64,000 nt of DNA, taken from contig NW_024704743.1 of the NCBI RefSeq assembly GCF_018977255.1, positions 52,950,001 to 53,014,000 on the forward strand, read 5' to 3'. The first letter of the stretch is position 1. Every line of letters begins with the position of its first letter. The notes below the pieces were generated by a model. That model searched no databases and had not been told where the DNA came from. It worked only from the letters and a program-made list of their open reading frames with translations. The translations under genes and the position numbers were made by a program. This document shows, one piece after another, positions 11,800 to 24,725 of the stretch. This DNA comes from Callorhinchus milii. Its lineage: Eukaryota.

Positions 11800-12520
11800 A
11801 TTCATATCAGTACCTCGAGTCATGGTGGATACCAGCTTTTGCCAGGACACTGTCCTGCAGGTCTGCGCTGAGAAGGGCGAAGGCTTTCTGGTTGTACTCG
11901 TCTCTCAAGGACAGCAAGGTCCCAATGCAGATCAAGTTTGAGGTATACAAGACCTGCAAGCAAATATTCTCTTTTATGGATCCAAACTTCTGGGGACGCA
12001 GCAGAGGCTTCCTCTGATCCATTTTTAAACTCCATGATCAAGCAGTGAGGTGGATTTGTGGCAAACCTGAGAAGAGGTTACAGGGAGGACTCCGGCCTAC
12101 ACTGACCTGTCGTTAAGCTCCTTGGAGGTGGAGCCAGTTTCAATAGCCACCACAAATTACAGTTGTATAGTGCCTTTTGCTTAAGGAGGACTTCCCAAAG
12201 TGTTTTTTTTTACAAGTGGGTCTCTTTGCCAAGGCCCCTCACGTGTGGACCTGGATTGAGCAATAAGCCTGGTACACAGCATTGGATTTGGACCTCAAGA
12301 ACACCAAGGTGGCTGGCACATTGCAAACTGTTGTGTAAGGCTCCTCCCTCCATGCTGAAGGCAGATGCCTGCCAGATAGCTGATGAGGAAACTCAGAAGA
12401 TTGGGGTGACAGCTGCTGGAAGGTGTTAGCTGGAGTCCTAGTTTGTGAACTTGCATTTATATAACCTGAACCTGGAATCCACCTTAATTGACTTGCAGAG
12501 AGGTAAGCAACTACTGCGTA
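11800..12520 (+). mobile_element. Old RTE-clade LINE fragment
   Basis: QYLES...RRAKAFWLYSSLKDSKVPMQIKFEVYKTC then (frameshift) ILFYGSK, like RTE YLGS...K.P..LK..VY.TC...LLYGSETW; RW.GHI-like and G..RK.W.D-like remnants at ~12305-12410. Confidence 0.55.
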
Positions 12521-13254
12521 AGCTCTGCAATTCCAACTGGTGGTACCATAGCTCAATGGAAAGGGATGTGTGTGTGAGCTGCTGACAGGAAAATGGGGGC
12601 AATGTTCTCGCACATTTTGTTTCCAGGAAGCTCACAGGGAGTTCCTACTATCCACCTACTGATGGCTCAAACCTGTAGATGTCAAATGACTATCCTCCTT
12701 GGGGGATAGGAAAGTGGGTGACATGTTTGGCAATGGGATATATGAGAATCAAGCCCACCCTCTGGCAGTCTCAGTAGTCCTGTTCCTGAGCGAGGTGGGT
12801 TTGCAGTATTCCAGGGCACTGTTATGACAGCACAGCCAATCTGGCTTGTTGGCATAGACTCCAGTTACTGGGTGCAGGGAATCCTCCCACTCAGCTCTCA
12901 TTGACCTCACAAACCAGTCCTGAAGGAGAGAGTGGTCCTTGCTGAACAAGCAGTGGAAAAGCTTGTCAGGCAGTGCTCTCAATGGCAAGTGATGTGGTTT
13001 TAGCTGGTTAAGACTCCAGCAGTATCCCACACTGGGGTCCCAAGCCTGGGCTCTTGTCAATCTGTGCTTAATATGTTCCAAAATTAGGTTTTACACTAAA
13101 TTATATACTGATTAATAATCCTTGTATGTGATAATAGGTCTTGCACACTGGGAGGATGTACTGTATTAAAACACAGGATTTTACTGTGAAGTACTGTGAC
13201 CTGTAGGTAAATAGTGGTAGCCAATTTATAAAGCAGTGACCCACAAGCATCCAT

Positions 13255-13525
13255 TCAGTTAATGCCCAATGGTAGCTTGGGGTGTTGTAGGCTGGGACTC
13301 TTGGAGAAACTCCCTTTTTGAGTAGTGTTGTGGGAATATTCAACGTCCCCATGAGCAGGTGGAGGTCTCCTTGATTTAACATCTCGTCCAAAAAACAGCT
13401 CTGACAATGCAGCATAATACAATTTACAATAGTGCCATTCACATTTTGAGGAAGTCTTGAAATATTTCACAGATGGAAACACATCTACAATACTTCTTTG
13501 GAGTTCAAGTCCCAACATGGGCTGT
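13255..13525 (-). mobile_element. Deu-domain SINE remnant
   Basis: gggaatattcaacgtcccc...gatttaacatctcgtccaaaaaacagctctgacaatgcagca resembles the reversed Deu core. Confidence 0.6.
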
Positions 13526-16417
13526 AAACCATTAATAGATGCTCAAACAGGCTGAACATCATTTTTGATAGTCAAGTGTCTCATTTGTAATAATTATTCC
13601 TCTTCAATCCTAAAATCTGGACACCAACATCCGCCACAGACAATTGTTTCCACTGCTGCTGATGGTACATTGGATGAGGTGTGGGGAAATCTGGTTTGGA
13701 TACTATTCATCATGCTGATGGTTTTCCACATGTGTCAAGACACCCAGCTGACCAAAAAGAAACATTGCAGGATTCAGTGTAAGATGTACAATGAAAGACT
13801 GCTCCTGAACTGTACACATCTAATCTGGCCAGAGGCAAGATATATTAGGAGTTATATATTATAAAATTTTCAACCAACCCATATATGATTACTTTAACAA
13901 AAGGGTAAGGGAAAATTAAATATAACTGCTTGCACAAGTGGAGAATATAACCATGAAATCTAATTGAAATGGTTTGAGTTTATATCTGGACTGTTGAAGA
14001 GGAATTTTCCAAAACTAGTTGTGGCATTCTACTGTGAACACTAATGCTATACAATAATAATTGTTTCATTTGATATAGTGCCTTATTACATTGTTGAAAG
14101 TGCTCACATGATTGACTGTATCTTGTGGACAAAATGCAGCAGCCAGTTTTGTGCACAGCAATGTCCCACAAACAGCCATGGAGTGAGTGTCCAATTTTAT
14201 TTGTTGGTCAGGACAACTTTTTTTGAATAGTGCCATTGGATCTATTACTTTCAGCTTACAAGTCTATAAATGGTTATTTTGCTCCTTCGTAAACCCACAT
14301 GGACCAAATGTTCATGGATTTCACTCCACTTAAATGCTTTGATATTCATGAGTTTCCTCATTTTCAATATGAGGCCTTTACAAAATAATTAACTAAGAAA
14401 CACCCATTCACTTTTTTAAAAAAAATACATGATTAATGCATTGGGATTGAAGGGAAAATTTAAATGTAATCACATTTGTGGTCAAATTCCACCGGGATCT
14501 AGATTTTCTTATGTATCTTTTTAAAGCATCAAGATCAAGCATTTTGACAAATTGTTGAATTCAGTATGTGAAGTTGCTTTTCAGTTCTTAACAGAAACCT
14601 ACAGAAAACCAGCTTAAAAATCAAGACAGTATTTAAGAATTTGGTAACTTTTGGACTCACTGGAATCCTATGTAAATAGAGTAAATCTAGAACTCAATAG
14701 TTGATAATAGCCTTTGGGTCAAAAGATTCTGGGTTCAAATGTCGGAATGTGACCTGATAATCTCGGCTGACGTTTGAGTACAGAATCACTAGAGTTCTAT
14801 GTAATACATTGTATAAAGTGCTTTTACATCATTTGACATACTGTGACATTAAATATCAAATGCAAGAATTGTTGATTTTAGCCGATTTACCTTCAATCTG
14901 AATAATTTATATGACACCTGTAACTTCAGGTTTTCTGTATATACAGAACAGTTTGTGTGAGGTGAAAAGGAATAAGACATGAGATAGGTAACGCTACAGG
15001 TTACATTTTGTGTTAATACATAAGCTCAAACTCCATTGTGACAATAGCTGTAAAGAGAAATGGCTGCAAGGGGCCAACAGTCGAGGAAAAAGTCCAAATT
15101 GGTTTGGGCAAAGAGTTGGTGAAACACAACATACTAACATACTTGCACATTGAAAATAAACAGAAATACCCTTTTGTGGATAAACCATCATTTTCCCATC
15201 ACATACACAATCCGAGATAACTTGTCCACTTTCATTAAAAAATATATAATTTGCTTTCTCTAAGATTTAAATCAATTGCACTTCATCCAGTTCAACAACA
15301 TTTGCATTATATAATGAAAACATGCATCTTGAGAATGTTGAATAATTCAATTTATAATCTCTTCATCTCTCGCTCTGTTTAGCTGAATCTTTACTTAAAG
15401 AATCGTCAAGACCAAAATAACAGCTCCCTTATTGATCTTTTGCACTTACCAATCTACACATTAAAGATGCAGATAACAAATACCTTGTCACCATAATGTT
15501 CAATGTCCAACCCTATCCTAAAAAATAAACTACATTATTAAAAAGAGATCTGATCTGTACTGGTGATGGTGGTTGTGAGGGGAATTAATTAAGACAGAAC
15601 ACAAGACGTCCAGTAAAATATAAAAAGATTTTACATTTTAGGTTGTAAATAACATCATTCTACAAATATTATGCACCATGATTAACACAGAAAACCCATC
15701 CATAACATAATGGCTAACAACGCAGTGACAGAATTCTTTTATCATACATTTCAAAAATAACTAGCTAAAACTGACAACACCCATATAACTCACAATCACA
15801 CAGTCAAAATGTATTAATACCAAACTAAAAACAAAAATCACATAACGAAAATACAATTACTGGAATTTCTGAAATACTAAAATAGTTCTCTTGTTTATGT
15901 AAACTTTCTCAAAAGAGTGAAAGCTTGTAGTTTCCTTCTTTCACTAATGTTTCAGTTCAAATATCTAAAGATCTAGCAATGGCAATAAGTTATAACAGCT
16001 TGTATAGCAACAGCTTATGTACAAAGGTTTAATTTTATAGGAAATCTTCATTTGTAAAAAAAAAACAAATCAATCTGATCTGGTGTAGGACAGTTGTAAT
16101 ACAACTAGTAATATCAAGGACATGTGGTAGGGCCTTGGGACGTCCTCCCGATGTGAAAGGCGCTGTATAAATGCAATTTGTTGTGATTGTATAGAACACA
16201 AGATTGCTGAAAAGCTGGACTCAATTACAGGGATGCACATCCTTACAACACTATGCATAGCCTTCACTTTGATCAAAAAATTCTAAGATGCCAGTACAGT
16301 CGAACAGAAACAAAGTAGAATGAGAACAAAACTGCAGTCTACTCCACTTAGTGCAGAATATTTCAGATACTGAAACCAACCACTATACACAGTCAATTGG
16401 TTTGCATAAATAGTATT

Positions 16418-16423
16418 TTTATT
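16418..16423 (-). terminator. Candidate MPP6 polyadenylation signal (implies ~2 kb 3' UTR)
   Basis: AATAAA on - with GU-rich gtgtatagtggttggttt about 30-45 nt downstream; alternative signal at ~16552. Confidence 0.4.
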
Positions 16424-18427
16424 CTTTGTGTGAATGTTGTCTCAAGTTGAAGGAAAACAGTACATAAAGGATGTAAATTTGTTCTGTACTCCCAGCATGA
16501 GCAATGCCAAACATCAGGTCTGCCACAGATTTCTGAATATTAGAGAAATACTTTATTCTGCAACACCATCTATCATTTTGGAGCACTCTCAGTAAATTAG
16601 TCTGGCACTAGTGGAACTACCAAAAATCATTTCAACCACAGCACTAGAAGCCTTCAATTGCACCTTTCCTCCTATGATGCAATGAGGTTCAAGGGGAATG
16701 AACAATCCTAATCTCCATGAATTTGTTTTTAAAAATATTAAGTGGGTTGAGTGAAGACAGATATGAGTAAATTGCAAATATAGGCAGATTGAAAGCTCTG
16801 CCTCATCAATCAGATACGTCTATCACAGTCTGTAGGATGTGGCATTTGAAGAAAAAAATTACTGTAGTATGTAAATGGAAATTCAGGTATCGGAAGAATC
16901 AGCAATTGCAGCTCTCCTGTCACATTAAGGAGTTGAGATGAATGTCACAGAGTGTAATAGAAGCTGTGGAGCCCCAGATTATCACACGTTTGGGATCTGC
17001 TGGAATAAATGGAAGATCGGGTTGATAAGGAAAAGTAAAGATGGAAAGAGATGACCCTCATAGAATTTAAGTAGTCTTAGAATAAGGCAAACAATGGAAA
17101 GTACAGCATAAGTGTTGGGGTTAGGCTGGTAGAAATGCTCGGTCTCTTGCACCACATATTGCAGCCAAAGGGAACCTTGGACCACGTGAAATAAAACAAT
17201 CTGGTGATGGAAAGCGGCAATGTTTGTGATAATCAAGATTGTCTTCAATCCCCATACACTAACGTGAAATGCTCTGCCTCTCACAGAGATTAAAAAATGT
17301 TATCAAACTTCATCATATGGTCAGTCACAATACCCAGGCAAGCAAAATGCAACTGATCAGGCAGGCTCTATCTGGGATTAATGTTAGTCTCCTCTACTGA
17401 TGGGCAGAGCAGAGGTTGTGAGTATATCAATGAACATCCATCTCACCTCCAAGCTCGAGTCCAGCACAGAGGATCAAGAAATGGGATTTAGATTGAACAA
17501 GGCTTAATTTTAAAACTGCTTTGATTAGATTCATACATGTCTGCTCTACAATTTATGAACAGTACAAAGAATTACAGCCAGTTGTGACTTGGCTGGTTTT
17601 CAGAACAGCTGGAACTGCTTCAGACTACTATCTTACACTGTGAGGAACTCGAGTTGTTCAATTTTGCAGGGATTATCCAAAACCTAATTCAATGATAGAA
17701 CACAACTAGAACAAAAATAATTAAAATGTCCTGGAATAAAGCAAAACCAAGTGTAAGTATGGGTTGGTGGTGCCTTCTAACATTAAGTGTACAATGGTCT
17801 CAAATGTGTGTTGGTTTGTCAAGAACAATATTCGCTTGAGGAATAGACTGAAGTTTTGTTTGTTACCATTCTAAACAGTGTGACCATGCCAATCCTCTTA
17901 TGTAAAAATCAAATTTCATTTTGTCTGCATCTACGACAAACACATCAGTTTACGCATCTCCCGATGCAAATCTTCAGTGGCTGTATCATTAAAAGGCCAA
18001 TACATGTAACAGAGCTTAAATTAACACAGGAATTTTGTTTTAAACCAACTTCAGTATCAAAATTTGAGAAAACATTTTACTTTTCATCAAAAAAATCTCA
18101 CAATTCAGAATATATGCCGGTAAATTAGACAGATATGTGAAGACAGAATTAAAAAAAAAAGTTTTTCCATGCAACTGGTTTTCCTTCACGTGATATGCAT
18201 GGGTAGAAAGACCATTTGTAAAAAGTTAGAAAAATTAAAATAAATTACATTTATAAGAACACTTCCCTTCAGTTATTTATAAAAAAAGCCAAAATAATGT
18301 AGTATAAACAGAACCTAAAAGAATATAAAGGCGTGAGATATCCAGCCTCTGTATCTAATGTGTTCTGCAAAACTTGACATTGGATTCATTAGTTATTCAC
18401 ACAAAAATTTAATCTTCAATTTATCCA

Positions 18428-18604
18428 TCAGTAGACCCAGTTAACTGGGACCCACTGTGGCTCTGTAAATAGTTTCTCTATCGCAGTCTGCAGCTTTTCG
18501 AAAGCTTTGTCTAAGTTATCATTGACAATGGTCAAATCAAAGTAGTGGCTGTATGCTCGCTCAATCCGAGCACTTTCATCAACTGTTTTTTTCAAGTCCG
18601 TGTC
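18428..18604 (-). CDS. MPP6: MPP6/PALS2 coding exon 11 (terminal, GUK C-terminus)
   Basis: tttatag|GAC...TAC TGA; DTDLKKTVDESARIERAYSHYFDLTIVNDNLDKAFEKLQTAIEKLFTEPQWVPVNWVY*. Confidence 0.96.
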   Translation of the reverse strand, partial: DTDLKKTVDESARIERAYSHYFDLTIVNDNLDKAFEKLQTAIEKLFTEPQWVPVNWVY

Positions 18605-19092
18605 CTATAAACAAAGGGAGAAAGAAAGCAAGGTTACATCACTAATATCTGCCTGTGAAGCTTGAGTTCTCAACAGAAACACATTTACCAACACACATTT
18701 GCAAAATTAACAGGACTGTCAAGATACAGAGGAAAAGGACAGACAAGCAGGGAGAGATATGATCACAGAGGAGAAGGGAAGTAACATGGGAGATAAAACC
18801 TAGAGAAGCCAGGAACTAAGGTTGGGTTAAGAAAATAAATTTCAGTGCTCTCAAGACTAAAACACTGGTTTTAACAGATAATGCCAAAATTGGTGTTATC
18901 TGTTAAACTGATAATGCTGTAGGTGGTAATTGGCACAGAGGATTGTGTCGTGGCATTAGTACTAGAGCTGAACAATTTGTTGCGATAAATGTAAATCGAG
19001 CACATTGAAGTATTCTATAAATCAGTTGATAGGCATTTTAAAACTTAAAATGTTTAAAATTCTAAATGACTATAAATGTAAGTATCTCTTAC

Positions 19093-19221
19093 TGTCAGAA
19101 GCTTAGTTGTGATTCCAGCATCAATGACAGCTTTGTGCATGGCACGTAGTGTTTCTAATTCCGGAGCAGCAACAAACACAATATATGGCATAAATTCAGC
19201 TGTCTTCAGTATCTTCAGTGC
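19093..19221 (-). CDS. MPP6: MPP6 coding exon 10 (129 nt, GUK)
   Basis: caccag|GCA...ACA|gtaaga; ALKILKTAEFMPYIVFVAAPELETLRAMHKAVIDAGITTKLLT. Confidence 0.96.
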
Positions 19222-22200
19222 CTGGTGGTAACAGAGATAATAAGGTAGTGAACATTGGCATTATGACACCCAGCTTTTGGAGCTTTTCTAACACATTTAA
19301 ACCAAAATACATAAAGCACAGAATGAGAACACACCACATAGCCCATTAAATCAGTTTCTTCCACTCTCGTGGACTCAGTTCAGTCTCTGATGAGACTTCT
19401 GCAACATTTCTCTCTCACCTTTTAAAAAGCAAATCTGACAAAAATGCAGCATATCTAACATTACATTCAAGACATTTGATTAAACGCCTAACTTGATATT
19501 TTGTGTACATTCACCTTTTGGAAAAACATTCCATTAGTACTTTATGTAGATGTAAATGCAGCTCCTCCAGAGAACCCCATGTACATCACACCAACTCTAG
19601 AGAACCTCTCTCTCAAGACAGTGTTGTAAGGTGCCAGGGACACTCGGGTTTCCTGAGGTGCACTTTTTGAGCCTCACTGTCAAGTCTCATGAATGAAAAA
19701 TGAACATTAAAGAAGGTACTGCAGGCCTGCCAGCTTTGTAAATTGTAACCCTACCCCAGTCAGTATCTTCAGAGGAGCACAAAATGGGGGAAGGAGGAGA
19801 GAAAAATTAAATCTTTCAGGTATCGTTATTTCTGAATCAAGGGAAAGGGAGCAGAAAATAATATTTTTTGCAAAATAAAATCAGCAGCTCTAAAAACTTA
19901 TTTAATCACAAAAAACATTATTTAATATTTGAAATTCAAGACCAATTCTTAGTTCTTATTTTTCCATAACAAACTGGGAAGGTTGTCTAACTCGTACAGA
20001 CTCCAAGGGACGTGGGCCAGATTTACTGAGCTCAGCATGAAGAGCATGAATATATTTTGGCAAAGATCATACTCCAGCCTGTCTAACTAAATCTCTTTTC
20101 TCAGACAGGAAACTTCATCCTACATCAAGGCTGTTTTTTTCCTTGTGAACTTTGAAAATAAATCGAAGAATTAGTCCTATAGGAAAACCATTTAAAGTGT
20201 CAAATTTGATGCATCTCCTTCCCTATCTAAAGCTCCCAACCCCTAGCATGTCCACTCCCAGTCTCTGCCACATTCCTCAATAATCCCATGTCCCTGGTGA
20301 AACTTACTACCAGCTCCCTGGATACTCTCAACCCAGTTCCCAAGGACCCAATGTTGGCCAATCTCAAACTTGTTCCTGGAACTGTACTTCCACTTACCTG
20401 CCTTCCAAGAGTTAGTTACGTTTAGCAACTCCCCCCAAAATACTTGCCGTGCTGCTTTCCTCTTTACTGTTATACCCTTCTTAAAAAACATCCCTTTTTG
20501 ACCATGCCACTGGTTAATGTTCTTAAATAATCCTTCCTTTTGTCTATGCTCAGTGGTTCATATAAGGGCACTTCAGAAGTTCATTATGTGTTAAAAGACA
20601 CTATGTAAGCTGCTGTTGTCTAGATTCTTGCACCAGATGGACAATGCAAAACTTACTCCTTTCAACTTAATTTAGTTCCTTCATATTTGCTTAAACATTC
20701 TCATCTATTGGTACTTCTCTTAATTCTCCTCCTCTATTACCATTCAGGTTTCACAAGCTCTTCAGATCTCAAAAGAAATGCTCATCTCCTCCATTCCTAA
20801 TGTGGTCTCCAAGGCACTCAGTTTCACCTTTCACGTCAAACATTTTCCCCTCAACAACTCTTAAAAGATCCAAGTCCATGCAGGAATTAAATAGCGTCTC
20901 CGTATCTAGAGAAGCTCTGCCAATGTTCTCTCGCACTGCTGGACAGAAAACAAGTAAACAATTCGCATCCGACAGGTGTTCTTCCTCAGAACTTCCCTTC
21001 ACTGTATCGTTCTCTCCATTCAACATAAACCCTTTTACCCTCCTGGGAAATGGGGGAATGTAAAAGTGGGGGCTCTGGGGCTGCCTTCAGGGTGATGTGT
21101 CTGGCAATGTAATATTGGAATCGAGTCGATCCTCTGTGGTGATCAAGCACAGATTAGTCTGGTTCCTGAGCCAAGCACATGGGTCTCTCTGCCATACTCC
21201 AAAAACACGAGTTTCTGTGGGTGTCAGACACCAGGCTGACCAAAAAACAACCCTTTCTTGTCTTTCTCTAGGTTTTTAACACGTCTATAATGATTACTCT
21301 TTTGAACACGTATCTTGCTCCTCCAAAGCTTGAGGTACGATGGAACTCCTTGCCTGTAAAATACAGCCACTACACATTACAATAAATCCTGTGAAGGTCT
21401 TTGAGACATCCTCCTGATGTGAAAGATCGTTTATCAAATATAAAGATTATCATTATTATTTTATTATTAATATTTTATGGCTATTATCTCAACTTCCCTT
21501 CTTCCTACACCTACAGGATTTAAGATCACAAGCTAGGTATCACCCTACAGTATTTTTTCCTGTCTTTTGGTTTTAACCTTGGGGGTTGATTACATCATGG
21601 TACGCAGCCCTTCATTTAACCTTTTCGCTCACACAAAAAATTGTACAATTCTTATTTTTAAATTCATGAGGTGATGCAGGCATTGCAGTTAGCAGACTTC
21701 ATCAGTCATTCAATTTAACTTGCGCCTTCAACCTTCCCTGCAAATATTGATCCAAGTGTGTATTGTATAATTTGAAGTTACGGTTTGAAGGGAGGCATCA
21801 GCTATGGCAGTCAGTACAGAAAAGATATTACGAGAAGTTAATATCTTGAAGCCAGGACTCGTCAGAAATTGATATCCTGAAAAAGAGGGTGTTAAATTCA
21901 AACATGTATTGAAAAAAGTAAGTCAAGCCCACAGGCTAATTAAAGACAGGTACAGTCTCATTCTCTCATTGACTCGAATTATTCTATCATTGGCTAGAAA
22001 AGCACAAGAACCATATGGATGAGAAAGCAAATGAGAAAGAGCTAAAGATAGCAAAGTTATATATGGAGAATGCCCTTTTATTTGAAAGATGGATGTTCCT
22101 TTGAGGCACTGGGCTTGGTTTAGGCTAATATCTGTGCCAGACAGTGATCTTCAAGGTCACAAATAGAAAACTAGTTAGCACAAAACAGTTTTTGAAGGCA

Positions 22201-22368
22201 TTGAGGCAGAGGAATAAAGAAAAGCACATAAAAATACATCAAAAGATTTAGCTTCTAAAGAAAACGGAAATTATTATAATACGCTAATTGTAGGTTTAAA
22301 GTATCTAATTTTGGCATTGTGCGATTAAATAAGATCATTATTAATTATATCTTGCTCTGACATCATAC

Positions 22369-22571
22369 CTGTGGGTTAATATCCAAAATGCACATCCTTC
22401 TTGTGCTAACAACTTCATGGATTGAGTCAATTTTTGTCCCATACAGATTTCCCTCGTACTCTCCATGTTCCAGGTATCTGCTGGCTTTAATGTCTGCTTC
22501 CATTTCTGTGCGTGATACAAATCTGTACGCATGGCCATCCAGTTCATCATCTCTTGGCTTTCTTGAGGTAA
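22369..22571 (-). CDS. MPP6: MPP6 coding exon 9 (203 nt, GUK)
   Basis: cctacag|TT...CAG|gtatga; FTSRKPRDDELDGHAYRFVSRTEMEADIKASRYLEHGEYEGNLYGTKIDSIHEVVSTRRMCILDINPQ. Confidence 0.96.
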
Positions 22572-23158
22572 CTGTAGGGAATTAGGGGAGAAAACACACA
22601 GATGTTGTAAGCTCCAAGTCAGAGCGACACAGTGGGAAGAATGTCAAGTTAGACTATACGAGTTACAAGTCACGATATGAAATAATCTTCTGACTCAAAA
22701 GATGAGAGTTCTCCCAACTGAGCCAGGCAGGCTAAAGCATCATTCCAATGAAACAGAAAAGGATTGAAATTCTACAGGTTCTGTTTCAAATGTAATATCC
22801 TTACAGTAAGTATATTATGTCACGAGTAGATTGTTCCTTGTGGAAATCATTAACTCACCACATTACCATGAGAGGGCTAACTAAGGCAGACGTCAGTCAA
22901 TATCCCAATGGTGACTAGCGGGTGGGAAGTGGGAGAGGGAAAGAAACCTTTGGTCTCGATTCCATATCTCTTAGAAGTCGCCTTCACTGCAGCATTTGCA
23001 TAGGCTGTGAGACGGCATCTCAATTGTACTCTTGACTCACAAATGCACAAGACACAGGAAGAGCCAAGAAACGGCAAAGAAAGGCAGTGAAGGTGCGAGT
23101 CTTACCCTCAAACACGAACCGGGAATTCTGCTGACAAGCTATGAAGAAAGTAACTCAC

Positions 23159-23320
23159 AAGGGACTGTTGTTCCAAATCGAATGGGATTCATCACAATGA
23201 GTCGGTTTTTTAAACTCCGCCGCCCTACACCTTGAGCTCCTATTAACACCAGGGTCTTCCTCTGAAAAGGGGGCATCCTGGCTACTTCCTCATAGATCAG
23301 GATTTCATGTCGATCAAATT
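23159..23320 (-). CDS. MPP6: MPP6 coding exon 8 (162 nt, GUK start)
   Basis: catcaag|AA...T|gtgagt; EFDRHEILIYEEVARMPPFQRKTLVLIGAQGVGRRSLKNRLIVMNPIRFGTTVP. Confidence 0.95.
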
Positions 23321-24163
23321 CTTGATGCAAAAACAGAAAAATATGAAAAACAGAAGCATTTTTCACAGGCTGAAAGATCTACACTATCAAGTTACAAAAA
23401 CCACCTTAACTGAGCAGAAGTGAGTTCACTTGAATCAAAGTGAAGCAACGTAATAATAGGTCACTTATATCTCAAAATATTGGTTCAGATTTACTAACAC
23501 ACGGAACATAATGCATAAATATTGGCATATTGACCAACATTTTAAAAAGGCTCAAACAAACCACTTTAAGGACTATGTTCAATTGAAAGTACTTTAAAAA
23601 CACTTGACCACGTTATTAGAAGAAATAAAACACATAGGGCAACCCTGTTATATAATAGTGTTTTGGGTCCATAAAATTAGCCCTTGTGCTACAATAGAAT
23701 GGCCAAAAAAAAACTGACCACCGGTCTCGCTTCTAGTTATCAGATCACAACTGAAGTCACTTACAATTTGCACAAGATGCTGATCAATAGACCTCTTTCC
23801 TGAGTATTCTAGCCCTAGAAACGTTTGCAAGAGCAGTCAAAACTAATCGCCAAGCTTCCTGTGCACAGGAAGCGCACCTCAACTTCCGCACCCAAAGGTC
23901 CCCGGGACACCCGTGTTATAAGTGGACTTGTACGGACCCACTATAATGTGTGGTCTGAGTTTTTGACCCAAACCACTATTATAATGGGGTCACCCTATGT
24001 AGAAAAGATGGGAGTTCCCAGTGTTAGTAAAACACAGGGAAGAAACTGCATTCTGGATACTATCTATCCTAGTCCCTGAACAGACCTACAGTATCTGTAT
24101 TCAGTTTCTAAGCTTCACGTCGAAGGTAACTGGAGAGATAAGATACTGAAACTACTTCTTTAC

Positions 24164-24232
24164 CTGCATTTTTTGTAGTGAGATACATCATCTTTTTCTT
24201 CTTTTTACCAGTAATTGTTCCACAGAATGGTC
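24164..24232 (-). CDS. MPP6: MPP6 coding exon 7 (69 nt, lysine-rich HOOK/4.1-binding region)
   Basis: ctgaccag|GA...G|gtaaag; GPFCGTITGKKKKKMMYLTTKNA. Confidence 0.95.
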
Positions 24233-24625
24233 CTGGTCAGAGATTAAAAGACAAGACTCAGAACAAGGAATTAATCTTTAAAACACTGCAACTGATAATT
24301 TGCGTGTGATGTTCGTTTCTTTGTACCACATGCAATCATGACACAACTTACCAAAGCAACAACCAACAATAATCTGCAGCAAAAGAATCAGACTAGAGAC
24401 AATGGGGGAATAGGGATTTATTATGTCCCATATGTATATAATGTGTTTCAAAAATAGATTTACAATTGTTCAAATAATCTCCCACTCTGTCATATGTTAT
24501 GAAAAGCCTATTTCCCAATTAAATACAGTGGAAATTTACTGTAAAAAGTGCCATGCTTCCCATTATAGCCATCATTACCTTTTGTTGTGCCATACAAATC
24601 TCTAAACAAAACATAGAAGACGTAC

Positions 24626-24725
24626 CTGAAAGGTCCCAGTCCCGTTTAACAAACGCTTTCCTCTTTTCTTCCAGCATCTGACTGGGAATGAGGCCTGCAC
24701 TTCCTCCTCCCTTCAAATTATAAGC
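24626..24725 (-). CDS. MPP6: MPP6 coding exon 6 (100 nt, SH3 C-terminus)
   Basis: tttcag|GCT...G|gtacgt; AYNLKGGGSAGLIPSQMLEEKRKAFVKRDWDLS. Confidence 0.95.

Noticed and set aside
12380..12402. CTGATGAG-gaaa-CTC resembling a hammerhead core
   Set aside because: Followed by AGAAG rather than GAAA, no stems I or III, and lies within the RTE coding relic
19382..19398. agtctc-tgat-gagact containing CTGATGA
   Set aside because: Just a 6-bp hairpin that sequesters the motif; no downstream GAAA core
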